Assembly (NCBI RefSeq): GCF_018350175.1
Contig: NC_058377.1
Coordinates: 100,564,001 to 100,628,000 of the forward strand
Direction of reading: 5' to 3'
Source: Felis catus
Lineage: Eukaryota
DNA length: 64,000 nt
The translations under genes were made by a program, and so were the position numbers. The notes beneath the pieces are model-generated. The model searched no databases. It had not been told where the DNA came from and worked only from the letters and a program-made list of their open reading frames with translations. This document shows positions 1 to 11,794 of the stretch, piece by piece. Positions within the stretch are counted from its first letter, which is position 1, and the number at the start of each line of letters is the position of its first letter.

Positions 1-2527
1 ATTTTCTGTGGCAGCACAAGATAATTTGATTACTATAAAAATAATGTAGCTAACTTTAGTCTTATTGTACATTATTCACAGGCAGAATTACACGGGTGAG
101 CAAGAATAGGTGAGTCGAAGTGAAGGAAATCTTCAAGTTTCAGCAAAATTTATTGAATCCTTTTCTGGTGCTTTTATATATTTCCCCCATATTCGTATGA
201 AGGAATAGCCCAGCTTTTATGACTGCATATCCCAATGATGAGTTATTTTCTAACTTTCAAAAATTTTGCTACCCTAAAATGGACTAGATTTGTTTGATTG
301 AATTAAGTTAGCTTTATAGCGGGCCATATTCTGGTATCATTAGGAGGAAATATGAACTTACAGTGGAAACTACTTTGAGAGCAATAATTCTTGATGTTTT
401 AATAGCACAGTCAAAATGCAGCATTTTTATGCAGTACGACCAAACTAATAAAGTAATAATCTGACTGGATTTTTAGAGTACAGGAAAATTGCATGCTAAT
501 GGTTAGCATTAAGAAATGACCAAAGACCAGAAGCTTTAATGTTGATGGAGTCCAATTTACCAACTTTATCTTTAATGGATTGTGTTTTTGGGGTCATTCA
601 GATTTATATATTACATACTTTTCTATACTTTGATAAAAAGTTTTAAACACCGAAAAAAGAAATGACTAAAGACAACTAATTGTTTAGAGTAATTTTGTTT
701 CTTTTTACTAAAAGATTGCTCCAAACTGAAATTTATCATGGTCATCCTCATTAACATATAGTGATAGTTTCAGGTTTCTTGTTTCCTTGTTAGACTGGTT
801 ATATATGTATGCATGGCAATTTCAGAAACTCCTCACTCAAGAAAAGAGAAAAAGTATAAGGAAGATAATGTGTAGTTTTGAACCACGTATGACCCTGGGG
901 TATTTCATATTATTTTTTATTCCTCATTATATTTTTGCATTATGTAATAGTTTATCGATTCTATAAATGTGGGCCATGAAACTTTAAGAGGTTAGCAATA
1001 ACTTCAATGTTCATAAATGCCATGGAAGGGGAGAAAGTGAATTCTGCTTATGAGTTCTTATTAAAAGTTATTGGTCTATAAGAAAGGAAGACATTAATAA
1101 AGTTAGTAAGAAAAATGTTTGCATAGTGTCTTTAGTCAAATGGGGTGATTGAGTTCTCACAGAACATGGGCCAGATTACCCAGATTTCAAACTCTACGCT
1201 TCAATTCTAAATAACTATATTTAAAGTGAAATAAGGCAAATATAAGGGCATATTTCACTTCATATTGTAGACATATTTAGGTAATTGGTTTTCTTTTTAC
1301 ATTCAAATTATTACTGTATAGAAGCACAATTTGAATCAAAACAGTTCACCATTCAGTAATTATACTTCTTCATGTTTCTACATCTTTCTTGTTCTGTGAT
1401 TCCAACCACCTTTAGAAGGAGTGAATAATATTTCTTCCTCTCATCACTTATGATTTCAATTATTTGACAAATTGGAAGATGTGGTCAAGAATCTACTGCA
1501 TGTTTCAATGACAATAATCCTCTCACTGGGCTGCATCCACATGTCCCTTTTACTTCAACTAATAGCAGTGATTACAATAGCACATTCCCCAGATTTTAGG
1601 ATCAGAGTTTATGAGCTTGTGGATGAAACATCTGTGATAATCTAGAAAACAAGCCAAAATCCTACCTGAAGGAATACACATTTTGCTAAAAATGACCTAA
1701 AATTATTTCAAAATGATTTGGAATCAAGAAGGCTAGACCCCATGTTTATATCCCCCCAAATATTCATAAACATAGACCGGGTGATTGGTAATCTGTGACC
1801 TTGAATACTTTTTAAAATTGGGACGCGATTCAAAGTGTTTCCCCTCACTGCTGGCCTCTGGAACACCCCGTTTTCTTGCTCTGCTCACAAGCGTGGAATA
1901 CAGCCCCTGACTGACTGGGAATCCAGATATCTGTCCTCCACAGAATATTACTTTCTGATGTTAATAAATTACTTAGAATATCTTGATCTGAGTCTCTTTT
2001 ATTGAAAATCAGGGGTTGGATACGTCAAGTGATATCCATTTTATGTTGTTTACCAACCGATTTATCTCACAATTAACTTTAAGTCAATTTGTTTTAGGCA
2101 AACACATCTATCTGTCAAGTACATAGCATGCCATCTCCTACATTAGGAATCAGCATTAACTATAATAAGGTAAGGAGAAAATTGATCAATAAATCATAAA
2201 ATTATGAACCTCTACTTAAGAACAGGTCACTATTGAACACGATGAACTTGATAATTATTTTTGGTTTGTTAAGAACAATACAGAGGTTAGGAAGCCTTGT
2301 AGCAATAATAAGTCATCGCGGGAAGAGACTGAGTTTTTTTCTTCTTGATGAAATGAGGTTGAATGATAATTTAAAATAGAATTAGTTTCTCATAGTATAG
2401 ACCATTTTAAATGCTACACCAATTACCCACTCACCATCTAAACTGATCTTAAGGACAAACGTTTGAATTTGTGTGTCATGGGATTTGATGGCTTCTAAAT
2501 AGTTTTGCTACAGTAGCATTTGGTGGT

Positions 2528-2736
2528 TTTTTAAAAATGTTTATTTATTTTTGAGAGAGAGAGAGAGAGAATGACAGAGCGAGCAGGGGAGGGGCAGAGA
2601 GAGGGGGGACAGAGGATCTGAAGTGGGCTCTACGCTGACAGCAGAGAGCCAGACCCCGAGCTCACACTCGTGAACCGTGAGATCGTGTCCTGAGCCCAAG
2701 TCAGACACTTAACCAACTGAGCCACCCAGGTGCCCC
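2528..2736 (-). mobile_element. CanSINE (SINEC_Fc type)
   Basis: tRNA-derived head GGGGCACCTGGGTGGCTCAG, CT tract and A tail on the minus strand. Confidence 0.9.
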
Positions 2737-3419
2737 TATAGTCTCTGTTTTTTTAATAGTCATCCAGAGTGCCAAGATAAGGTGGCTACATCGGGTCAGA
2801 CAAAGGTGGAAAGTGTGGAATAGTGTTTGCATCTCATGGAGTGTCAGTTCAGTCCTCAGCACTGGAGAAAACGGCTCCCGGAGCGCATTCTCTCTATCCT
2901 ACACACTATTTCCCCCTACATAAATAATATCTCAAGGTTGTCCAAAAGACGCAAATTTGCGAATCTTTGATCCATTCATTAATACAACATCTAGTTGCTG
3001 AGTGTTGAAACAAATCTCTCTTGGAGCTACATTCTGTATCATCTTCCTTTGTTGAATTTTATCGCCTAGAGTGAAATTCTTAGGAAAAGTCATGAAATAT
3101 GAACAATGCACGTATGTTTGGGCAATTTCTTTTTATCTTCCATTTATCACTTGCCATCACAAATTTAGATTAATTTTAACCATTTTTTTAATTTTAACTT
3201 GTAAACTGTAAGTTGGATAAATGAATAAATTGGCTTTATTTCTTAGAACTTTAATTCATTATCAGTCTATTTGCTGCTTAGTGTTCAACCATTCTTTGCT
3301 TTTAATGTACCTAAAGCTATTTTAGTATAAGCTGTGCAACTGGTATGTTTATTGACAGGACAAGGACGATCATCCTTTAAACAAATTAAACAATTCAAGC
3401 TGATGTATTTCTTTCCTTT

Positions 3420-3644
3420 TTTTTCAAGCTTTTTATCAAATTCTAATTAGTTGACACACAGTGTAATGTTAGTTTCAGGAGTAGAAGCTAGCAATTCAAC
3501 ATTTACATACAACACCCTGTGCTCATCACAGCAAGCGCCGTCCTTAATCACCATATGTGGAATTTAAGAAACAAAACAGATGAACACAGGGGAGGAAAAA
3601 GAGAAAACCAAGAAACAGACTCTTAACTACAGAGAACAAACTGA
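3420..3644 (-). mobile_element. Carnivore L1 3' end with 5' inversion (twin priming)
   Basis: Minus-strand 3' UTR (3420-3552) joined to a plus-strand upstream piece catatgtggaatttaagaaacaaaacagatg..gagaacaaactga. Confidence 0.8.
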
Positions 3645-3958
3645 CATATTTTTAATAAATTTTTATTCCCAAGGATACTCCCAAATCAAACAGGAAATTT
3701 GTCCAGATCATTCTGAAAAAAAAAAAAAAAGTTGACTCTATGGATAAAAGCATGCATTTTAAAATGTGCACAATTTTTTTAAAGGACGTAAATTATACTC
3801 TTTTTGTTATTTAATTTATAAAATTAACAATAGCTAATTTCTTTAACATCAAACTAACATTTAAATGTTCCATAATCATTATTGTTAATGTTGAAAAGTT
3901 AACATCATTTTCCCCATTATAGAATTATTTACAATAGATTTCTAAAATGAGAGAAATA

Positions 3959-4223
3959 GGGGTGCCTGGGTGGCTCAGTCAGTTATCGTCTGGCTTTTGC
4001 TCAGGTCATGATCTCACAGTTTGTGAGTTCAAGCCCCACGTTGGGCTCTGTGTGGACAGCTCAGAGCCTGGAGCCTGCTTCGGATTCTGTGTCTCCCTCT
4101 CTCTCTCTGCCCCTCCCTTGCTTGTGCTCTCATCCTCTCTCTCTCAGAAATATTAAATGAATAAACTTAAACTAAACTAAACTAAACTAGACTAGACTAG
4201 ACTAGACTAAAATAAAATAAAAA
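3959..4223 (+). mobile_element. CanSINE with (ACTAA)n(ACTAG)n tail
   Basis: GGGGTGCCTGGGTGGCTCAG head, CT tract, pentamer-expanded tail. Confidence 0.9.
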
Positions 4224-4342
4224 GAAGTGTAAATCTATGTATCAGGAATAATTAATTTTACTCATTCAATGGCGTCAATTTACTTTTTTAGTGAATTTTA
4301 ATTATTGTTGCCATGCTGCTAATTGTTTTTATAAAGATTCAT

Positions 4343-4360
4343 ATTTTCTTTCTTTTCAGG
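4343..4360 (+). promoter_or_regulatory. Splice acceptor of the coding exon, OR4P paralogue 1
   Basis: Polypyrimidine tract plus CAG (4357-4359); equivalent acceptors at 13656-13658 and 49332-49334. Confidence 0.75.
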
Positions 4361-4402
4361 TGTTTAACCCATTCATCTATAATATACGCCAGTCTGAAAC
4401 AG

Positions 4403-5359
4403 ATGGAGAGTCAGAGGAATGTCTCAGAATTCATTCTTTTGGGACTTTCGTATGACCATCGCACACAAATATTTTGCTTTGTGTTCTTCTTATTCTGCTA
4501 TGCTGCTCTCTTGGTAGGAAACCTTCTGATCCTTATCTCTATTCGATGCAGCCCTCTTTTCCACCAACCAATGTACTATTTCCTCAGCCATTTATCCTGT
4601 ATGGACATCTGCTTCACCTCTAGCATTACACCCAAATTCATTGCTGACCTCCTAGTGGGAAGAAAAGCCATCTCCTATGGTAACTGTATGTTACAAGTCT
4701 TTACCATGCACTTCTTCGGAATGATTGAAGTCTTAATCCTCACCGTCATGGCCTTTGATCGCTATGCTGCCATCTGCAAACCTCTCCACTACCTGCTTGT
4801 CATGAACAGAGCAAGGTGCAATCTCCTCGTCTTGGCTGCTTGGGCTGGTGGGGCCGCGCACTCCTTTCCTCAGTTTTTTCTGGTAATCAGGTTGCCCTTC
4901 TGTGGTCCTAATGAGATTGATCACTATTTTTGCGACATTTTTCCTTTGCTAAAAGTTGCCTGTGCTGACACGTATGTCACCGGTGTCCTTTTGGTTGCCA
5001 ATTCAGGAATGGTTACCTTAGTGGCATTTGTGGTCTTGTTTTTTTCTTATGTCATTATATTATTCACTTTAAGAAATCATTCAGCCAAAGGAAGGCGCAA
5101 AGCCCTCTCTACCTGTGGGTCGCATATCACTGTGATAGTTTTATTTTTTGGGCCTTCAATCTTTGCCTACCTTCGGCCTCCAACCACTTTCCCTGAGGAT
5201 AAGGTATTTGCTCTGTTTTATACCATCATTGCTCCGATGTTCAATCCCTTCATATACACTCTGAGGAACTCAGAGATGAAAAACGCCATGAGAAATGTCT
5301 GCAAACATTGGAGCTCAATATCTTTTATAAAAAACAGAGGGGCAGCTAGATACGGATAG
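4403..5359 (+). CDS. Olfactory receptor family 4, OR4P4-like (paralogue 1), 318 aa
   Basis: 7TM OR motifs [61 protein letters not shown]; [18 protein letters not shown] is OR4P4-like. Start set at MESQRNVS (N-glycosylation sequon) 43 nt after the acceptor tttctttcttttcag ending 4359. The ORF-track start at 4313 is intronic. Confidence 0.93.
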   Translation: MESQRNVSEFILLGLSYDHRTQIFCFVFFLFCYAALLVGNLLILISIRCSPLFHQPMYYFLSHLSCMDICFTSSITPKFIADLLVGRKAISYGNCMLQVFTMHFFGMIEVLILTVMAFDRYAAICKPLHYLLVMNRARCNLLVLAAWAGGAAHSFPQFFLVIRLPFCGPNEIDHYFCDIFPLLKVACADTYVTGVLLVANSGMVTLVAFVVLFFSYVIILFTLRNHSAKGRRKALSTCGSHITVIVLFFGPSIFAYLRPPTTFPEDKVFALFYTIIAPMFNPFIYTLRNSEMKNAMRNVCKHWSSISFIKNRGAARYG

Positions 5360-5867
5360 GGGAGATAGGAAACCATCTCACAGAGTAATTTTTCCATTGG
5401 TAACATTTTATGAGTGACAGAAATAGGACTTGGAGTTTCATAGTGACTAAAAAGAAATAGTAAGTCATCCATACAAAATATAAGCTTAAAACTTAGTTCA
5501 TTTTGCAGGCTTTGAGATGTTATGAACAGGTTGACATGTACAAAATCAGTTATATGCATAGTTAAGACAATATTATAGGAGCCGAGAATTGTGATGTGAA
5601 AAAGAAAATTGGAGTTATCTTGCGTTAGAAAATGCAGGTTTGGTGTCTAGACCACACGATGAGCCATTCTGTATGGCAAAGAGACGGTTAAAGTCCATGA
5701 TTTTAAGACCAAATTTTGGTTTATGATAGGCTCGTCACCTAAATGAACTCCAGAAGTATTTAGAAATTAAATACATAGCAAGAAGTGGGCATAATGAAAT
5801 ATGATTTAAAGTGATTCTGTGGTTTTAACTCTGGACTTCATGTTGGAAATAAAAATAAACTAGTAAA

Positions 5868-6107
5868 GGGGCACCTGGGTGGTGCAGTCAGTTGGGTGTC
5901 TGACTCTTGGTCTCAGCTCTTGTTGTGGTCTTGCCGTTTATGGGTTTGAGCCCCGTGTTGAGCTCTGGGCTGGTGGTGTGGAGCCTGCTGGGGATTCTGT
6001 CTCTCCTCTCTGCCCCCCACCCCAGCCCACCCCGCCACTGTGCTCACTCTCTCTCTTTCTCTCTCTCAAAATAAATAAATACACTTAAAATTTTTTTTAA
6101 TGATAAG
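5868..6107 (+). mobile_element. CanSINE
   Basis: Head plus TSD aaataaactagtaaa. Confidence 0.9.
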
Positions 6108-6776
6108 AAATAAACTAGTAAACATAGAGTGAAATCAATTACTCAAGATATTAAAAACACACTCACTGATTTTCTACATATTGGTCCATTAAAAAAATCC
6201 ATACAGGAACTGAATCATAAAATGCCAGAAATTAGGAGGACGGACACTGTTTATAAGATCCAGAGTCTTTCTTATTCACACAAGAAGTGAGTTCAAACAA
6301 ACAAACTTCAATCAAAAAACCCTCTGATACAAATCACGGAAATGAATGGAAATGACAGATCATCTTTGAAACGAACATGAGGATTCTCTAGAAGAACCTG
6401 AAACAAATTTGATGAAATGTGTTCATTTGTATCTCTAATAATATGCAAAAATAAATGCTTTCTTTGAAAACAGGAAATATCACAAAACGGAAGAGATTGT
6501 GTAACCAGATTATATGAACAAAATGACAATGAAAATACACGAATAGTTTTAGCCTATGTAAATGCAATACTAAAATTACGATGATTATAAAGGCCTTATA
6601 TACAGAAGGATAGAAAAGTAGAAAAGTTTATGAGGAAGATGTAATACAATAGAGTTTTTATAACAGAGAAATTGGACAGATAATCAGTTTGTCAAGTTAC
6701 TAATAAAACAAAAATATTGCCAGATTTAAAAGTTCAAGCCTTACCCTTTATTTAATGTGTTGCTTTTAACCAAATT

Positions 6777-7190
6777 TACTCAACTTACCTTTCGGGGGTC
6801 CTAACCAGGTAGATCACCACATCTGTGATGTGAAGCCCCTTTGAAACAGGTATGCAAAGATATTTGTGTGGTTAGTGTCTTCGCGATTGCTAATTCCGGG
6901 ATGTTGGTGGCAGACATTTTGTTGCCCTGCTGGCTTCTTACCTACTCGTGTGATTTAAACTTAAGACTCTCTCCTCTTCAGGGTACTGCAAAGCTCCACC
7001 TGCAACTCTCACATAACGGTAGTAGTTTTGTTCTTTGCCCCCTGTGTCTATCCTTATGTTCTACATGTGGGGTTTTACACAGTGATTGCCTCCATGCTGA
7101 ATCGTCTCACCTCCACCCTGAGAAACATGGAGATGAAATCCAGCATGCAGAAGGCGTGGTCTAAAATGGCCCATTCAGAATTCATGTACA
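6777..7190 (+). pseudogene. 5'-deleted OR4 pseudogene fragment, paralogue of the 34858-35787 gene (EC2 to C-terminus only)
   Basis: Nucleotide homology to 35339-35787 (ctcaacttacctttc..ggtcctaa..gatgtgaagcc..tggtctaaaatggc.cattcagaa). It has frameshifts, an internal deletion of about 30 bp in EC3/TM7 and no 5' half. Confidence 0.9.
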
Positions 7191-9099
7191 TGAGTGATAT
7201 TCATCGTGCTTTTGATCCTGTGTAGCAAAGGCATTTAACATTTGAGGTGTTGTAGAAAGTACATAAGCTTTGCCTGGACACTTGGGCTAAATTACCCATG
7301 TCTGCTGTCACATGAGCCAAAGAAACAAGTTACTGGGTATCAGATTACAATCTGTACCTTAAAAGGTCCAGCTGGTTCCATGTGTGCCCACTTGCATGTG
7401 AGGAAGCTAAAAATGTCCTGAAGCCATCTTTCTGATCCTATCACTCCCCTCTCCAAAAGTTTGTAAGAAATCCCATTTTCCTTGGAATGAAATCCAACCT
7501 TCCTGCTTGTTAGAAATCTTCCATAAGTTATCTGAGTCTACTTTGCCGATCTCAGAAATCACTACGTTGGTAGAAAGTGTGTTATTATAATGATAGGCTT
7601 TAGGGTCAGGGAGAGCTGGGTGATTCCTGACAGCTTTTATCTCTGGGTCTTGACATTGTGCTCTAATTATATTAGTCTCTCTTTTAAAAAGATGTTGTAC
7701 TTCGCAAAGATGTAATATTACTTTGGCTAACACGTGTGAAGTTTTAGCATGCCACGTGGCTACCCGAACCTCATGCGAGTTATTTTTCTTTTGTTTGCTT
7801 TTCTCTCTGAGTGTCCCTAAGTTCAGAAGCTTTCATCCAGGTACACTGGGTCCACGTCCATTCTCCAAACATATTCTAGAACCTATCAGCTCTGTGGCTT
7901 TACTTCAGCCATTCTGCTTAGGATTCCCCACCCTCAGGCTCGAGGGTCCATGTCTTACATGTAATTCACACTCGTGGTGTCATGTCATTCAGGAAGACTA
8001 GATGTATGAATGCAATATGAATGTTATATGAAATGTAAAGGTACAAGACATGTAGAGTAACACGTAGAAGATCTTTGTGACCTTGAATTGGAGACAAAAA
8101 TTTTCTAAACGTGTGGAGCAAAAGTGTCTGTAAAAAAAGATGATTTGTGCTTCATCAATATTAAGACTATGCAGGAGAACTACTATATAAAGACAGATGA
8201 ACTAAATAGTGGCAGATGTAAATGCAACTAGTAGCTGTCTCTGAAGGTGTGTACAGGGCAAGGTTAGAGATACGACTGGCTATCTCCTGCTGTAGATTGC
8301 TACAGGCTAGCTCTTGAGTACAACTTGGTCAACACTGGGCATAACGTTGAGGTACACTAGTTGGAAATCACTGGGTCCTGATGTCCTTGATGCCGAAGTT
8401 GTAGAATCTTTCATTTACTCAGGGTTCTTAACCTTTTAAAGCCTGGAAGCAAGCACTAAACTTAGAACAACACGTTTTCTTGCTTCAGATCTTTACTGGC
8501 TAGTTGAGCTAGTTACTTAACCTCCAGGACCTTCCGTGTTTTTATCTACCAGTAAAGCTAATAATATTTGTGTTAAAATATATGTTATTATAAGCATTGA
8601 ATAATATGATGAACCCGATCCGCCCAATCATCTCTCAGTGTATTTTTGCTACTGTTTGGCTAAGTTGTTTGATCTGAAACAGATTAAACATTATAATATT
8701 TGATTTTCTGACATTTTTTGCGTGAGAAAACTTTACATGAATGGGATAGAGAGACTGTCTGGTTTCAGTGCCTGCAGATGAGACTGAGTCTGAACGACAT
8801 GTGAAGAGTCAGTGAGCAGAGAAAGAACCGGATGTTAAACACAATAAAAGCTCTGTGGTTCTTTGCTCCCTTCCTCTGATTTTTCCATATCATGTTTGTT
8901 TTTCCTACTTGCCAAGTTATGAGGAAGAGATGTTTACTCTTATCTTTTCTTTTGTCTTCCATTTTTCAACATGTATGTCATCAATGGTAACCTCATACCA
9001 AGTATGGTATCACAAGTCATTGATTTTATTTATCTATCTGCTCCGCACACCAAGGATCTTGATAATCCCCGCAAAAGGACTGTAAGTGGCCATCTTTGG

Positions 9100-9700
9100 T
9101 TCTCCTTGTCCTACCTCATCTCAGATTTTCCAGAAAGAGAACCTGACCCTATTACAGCCTAAACTTTCCCTCCTATTCCTCAGAAATTTGGAAGAACACA
9201 GGGCAGCCAGGGTTTCACGAATTGCTTTGACTGTAGCCTTTTTGGGCCTGCAGGGGAAACACCCCAAGTTGTTTTCCAAAGAGGCAAATATGGAAAGTTC
9301 ATACCCAAGAGCACCAAGCACATTACTATCGACGGTGGCTTTGGCAGCACTTGGGCTAAGATCTGTCTAGAAATGCCTTTGGGAATATAATTACACAGAG
9401 CTTTCAAAGACCTATTAATTCTTGCCACGTCAGTTTGTATTCTGTTCCTCTGAACCAAACTGTCCTCGGGTGTAGACATAAAATAAATGCACGATTCCTA
9501 GGACCTAAATAGTTGTGTTAGCTTTTTCAGGAATATAAAAATACATGTTGCTTATTTTTTCTTCCGAGCTCTAAGAAGTTAAATCAGCCTTCAATATTCC
9601 TGCTTTCCTGGGGGCTGAAGATCCACTTCTTCATCACTTCGTCTTAGTGAATATTTGAAGTCCACTTCCCTGGTAAACTGTAGAAGGTTTGAGACATGTT
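9100..9700 (+). promoter_or_regulatory. Candidate OR promoter of paralogue 2 (O/E-like sites)
   Basis: Blocks aaatgcctttgggaat and ctgctttcctgggg resemble O/E (Ebf) YCCCNNGGGA and are conserved in the duplicate at 45150-45750. Confidence 0.35.
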
Positions 9701-9951
9701 GAAATTTTCCAGATATTTGCAGAGAATTAACCTGAACGTGTTCGAATTATGGGTTTGTAAACGCTCTGCAATGTCTTCCAGATTTCGGTGCTAGAGACAA
9801 ACTGGCAGAGTGAGTGTCTGAGGACGGAATGCTACCTGATGCATGCCCAAGCTAACCTGACAGCCACTCGATCTCATGGTTAGTGAATTACCCTTGTCAC
9901 CTTGGTTTGGGAACGGTTACACAACACATGTGCTAGGCTAATTGTGTGTGC

Positions 9952-9963
9952 GTATGTGTTTGT

Positions 9964-10010
<47 letters not shown>

Positions 10011-10197
10011 AGTATTTTGTTTGTTTCTTTTGTTTTTTGAGAAAGAAGGAGTGGGGGCATCGGAGAGGCAGAGAGAGGGAGAATCTCAAGCTGACAGCAC
10101 AGAGCCCAACGCGGGGCTTGAACTCATGACACTGAGATCATGACCTGAGCTGAAATCAAGAGTCAGACACTTAACTGACTGAGCCACCCAGGTGCCC
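9952..10197 (-). mobile_element. CanSINE with (GA)n expansion
   Basis: Head at 10197; TSD ctaatt(g/a)tgtgt. Confidence 0.85.
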
Positions 10198-10379
10198 TAA
10201 TTATGTGTACTTTGTATTTATTCTATATAATTTCATTTGAGGGCTATAACTTCTTTTGCAGCGTAGGATAATTAGATTACGATAACAATGTTTTGGCATC
10301 CTTTAGTTTCAATTGCGCATTACCTACAAGCAAAATCCCTTTTCTGGGGAATAGGAGTAGAGCTAGATAAAGCATTTTT

Positions 10380-10599
10380 TTTAAATTTTTTTTTCAACGT
10401 TTTTATTTATTTTTGGAACAGAGAGAGACAGAGCATGAACGGGGGAGGGGCAGAGAGAGAGGGAGACACAGAATCGGAAACAGGCTCCAGGCTCTGAGCC
10501 ATCAGCCCAGAGCCTGACGCGGGGCTCGAACTCACGGACCGCGAGATCGTGACCTGGCTGAAGTCGGACGCTTAACCGACTGCGCCACCCAGGCGCCCC
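10380..10599 (-). mobile_element. Young SINEC_Fc
   Basis: CpG-intact near-consensus copy, perfect TSD tagataaagcattttt. Confidence 0.95.
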
Positions 10600-10779
10600 T
10601 AGATAAAGCATTTTTAAGTGGGCAGTGAATTTCATCGTGTCCCCAACTCTTGTTTAACGGCATCCTTCATATTACTATTAAGAAACAGACCAGCTTATAC
10701 TTGAATATGTACGATAACAAATTGTTTTCTTTTATTTCAAAACATCTGCCTTCCTAAAATAGTTTTATCTGAGTCAACT

Positions 10780-10788
10780 ATGGTGAGT
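10780..10788 (+). promoter_or_regulatory. Putative 5' UTR exon splice donor (atg|GTGAGT), OR4P paralogue 2
   Basis: Conserved as aag|GTAAGT at the homologous position 46325-46333 in the diverged duplicate. Confidence 0.55.
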
Positions 10789-11551
10789 TTATCTACATTC
10801 TGTTACACTAAGAGAAGATTTGAACGCATGATAGTAACTTGTAGTTACGTATAAGACCTTCTATTCCTTTATGGACAGCATGATCCAAAAAGTACACATA
10901 ATTTGGATTCAATAATACCAAAAAATAAAGTAATCGTTTGAGTACACTTTGTAGACAAACATGCTAATTGTAACATGCTAATAATGTAACAAACAAATTG
11001 TTGTTTACCTGATCATACTTGTCAAATCCATGTTATGTATCTTCTTCTTTATTTCCTTAGTTTTTCTGCTGGTTGAATGTGTGTGCATGACAATCTGTGG
11101 TTCTAACCTAACCGCTCGGAGAGGAAAGACAGTGAGAGAAAAATATTTTGAACCACACGTGTCTTGGGCTATTTCATATCACCTCATGTATTCCTCATCA
11201 AAATTCTGATTTTTGTAATGATATGTCAGTGGTAAAATGAGTGTGATGATGCTTAAAGAGATTAAAGAATTCACTCAAGGATTGCCCTGGTCAGTTTGAG
11301 ATTCCAACTCTTTCTATGTTGCTACTGTTTCGGCCACTTGTTCAGTGGTTGCCCGAAGTCCTTTATTTATCCTTTGTGATTTCAGTTTTCCCATAAGAGG
11401 GTTCCTTAGTATCGCTATATTGTTTGATGATAGTAATTCTCCTCAACTGATTTTTTCCCCTCTTTGCTTTCACCCCTGCTAACAGCATTGATCATACAGC
11501 ATGGGCAGGGTTGCGAGCTATTATAGATTAAATTCCAATAATGATCTAGAA

Positions 11552-11687
11552 NNNNNNNNNNNNNNNNNNNNNNNNNNNNNNNNNNNNNNNNNNNNNNNNN
11601 NNNNNNNNNNNNNNNNNNNNNNNNNNNNNNNNNNNNNNNNNNNNNNNNNNNNNNNNNNNNNNNNNNNNNNNNNNNNNNNNNNNNNNN
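11552..11687. other. Assembly gap (136 N)
   Basis: N run. Confidence 1.
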
Positions 11688-11794
11688 CCCAGCTGTCAGC
11701 ACAGAGCCTGATGTGGGGCTCGAACTCACAAACCATGAGATCACGACCTGAGCTGAAGTCAGACACTTAACTGACTGAGCCACTCAGGTGCCCC
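11688..11794 (-). mobile_element. CanSINE 5' half (rest in gap)
   Basis: Head at 11794; runs into the N gap. Confidence 0.85.

Noticed and set aside
3947-4156. Recurrent short ORFs with GAPGWLS / SAQVMIS / EPGACF / RERERE motifs resembling a peptide family
   Set aside because: All are translations of CanSINEs.
4313-4402. In-frame N-terminal extensions of 29-39 codons in all three OR4P ORFs (also 13583-13699, 49291-49377)
   Set aside because: They cross clear splice acceptors, the peptides are poorly conserved, one starts at GTG, and the acceptor-to-ATG distance differs in phase (43, 41, 43 nt); best read as intron plus 5' UTR.
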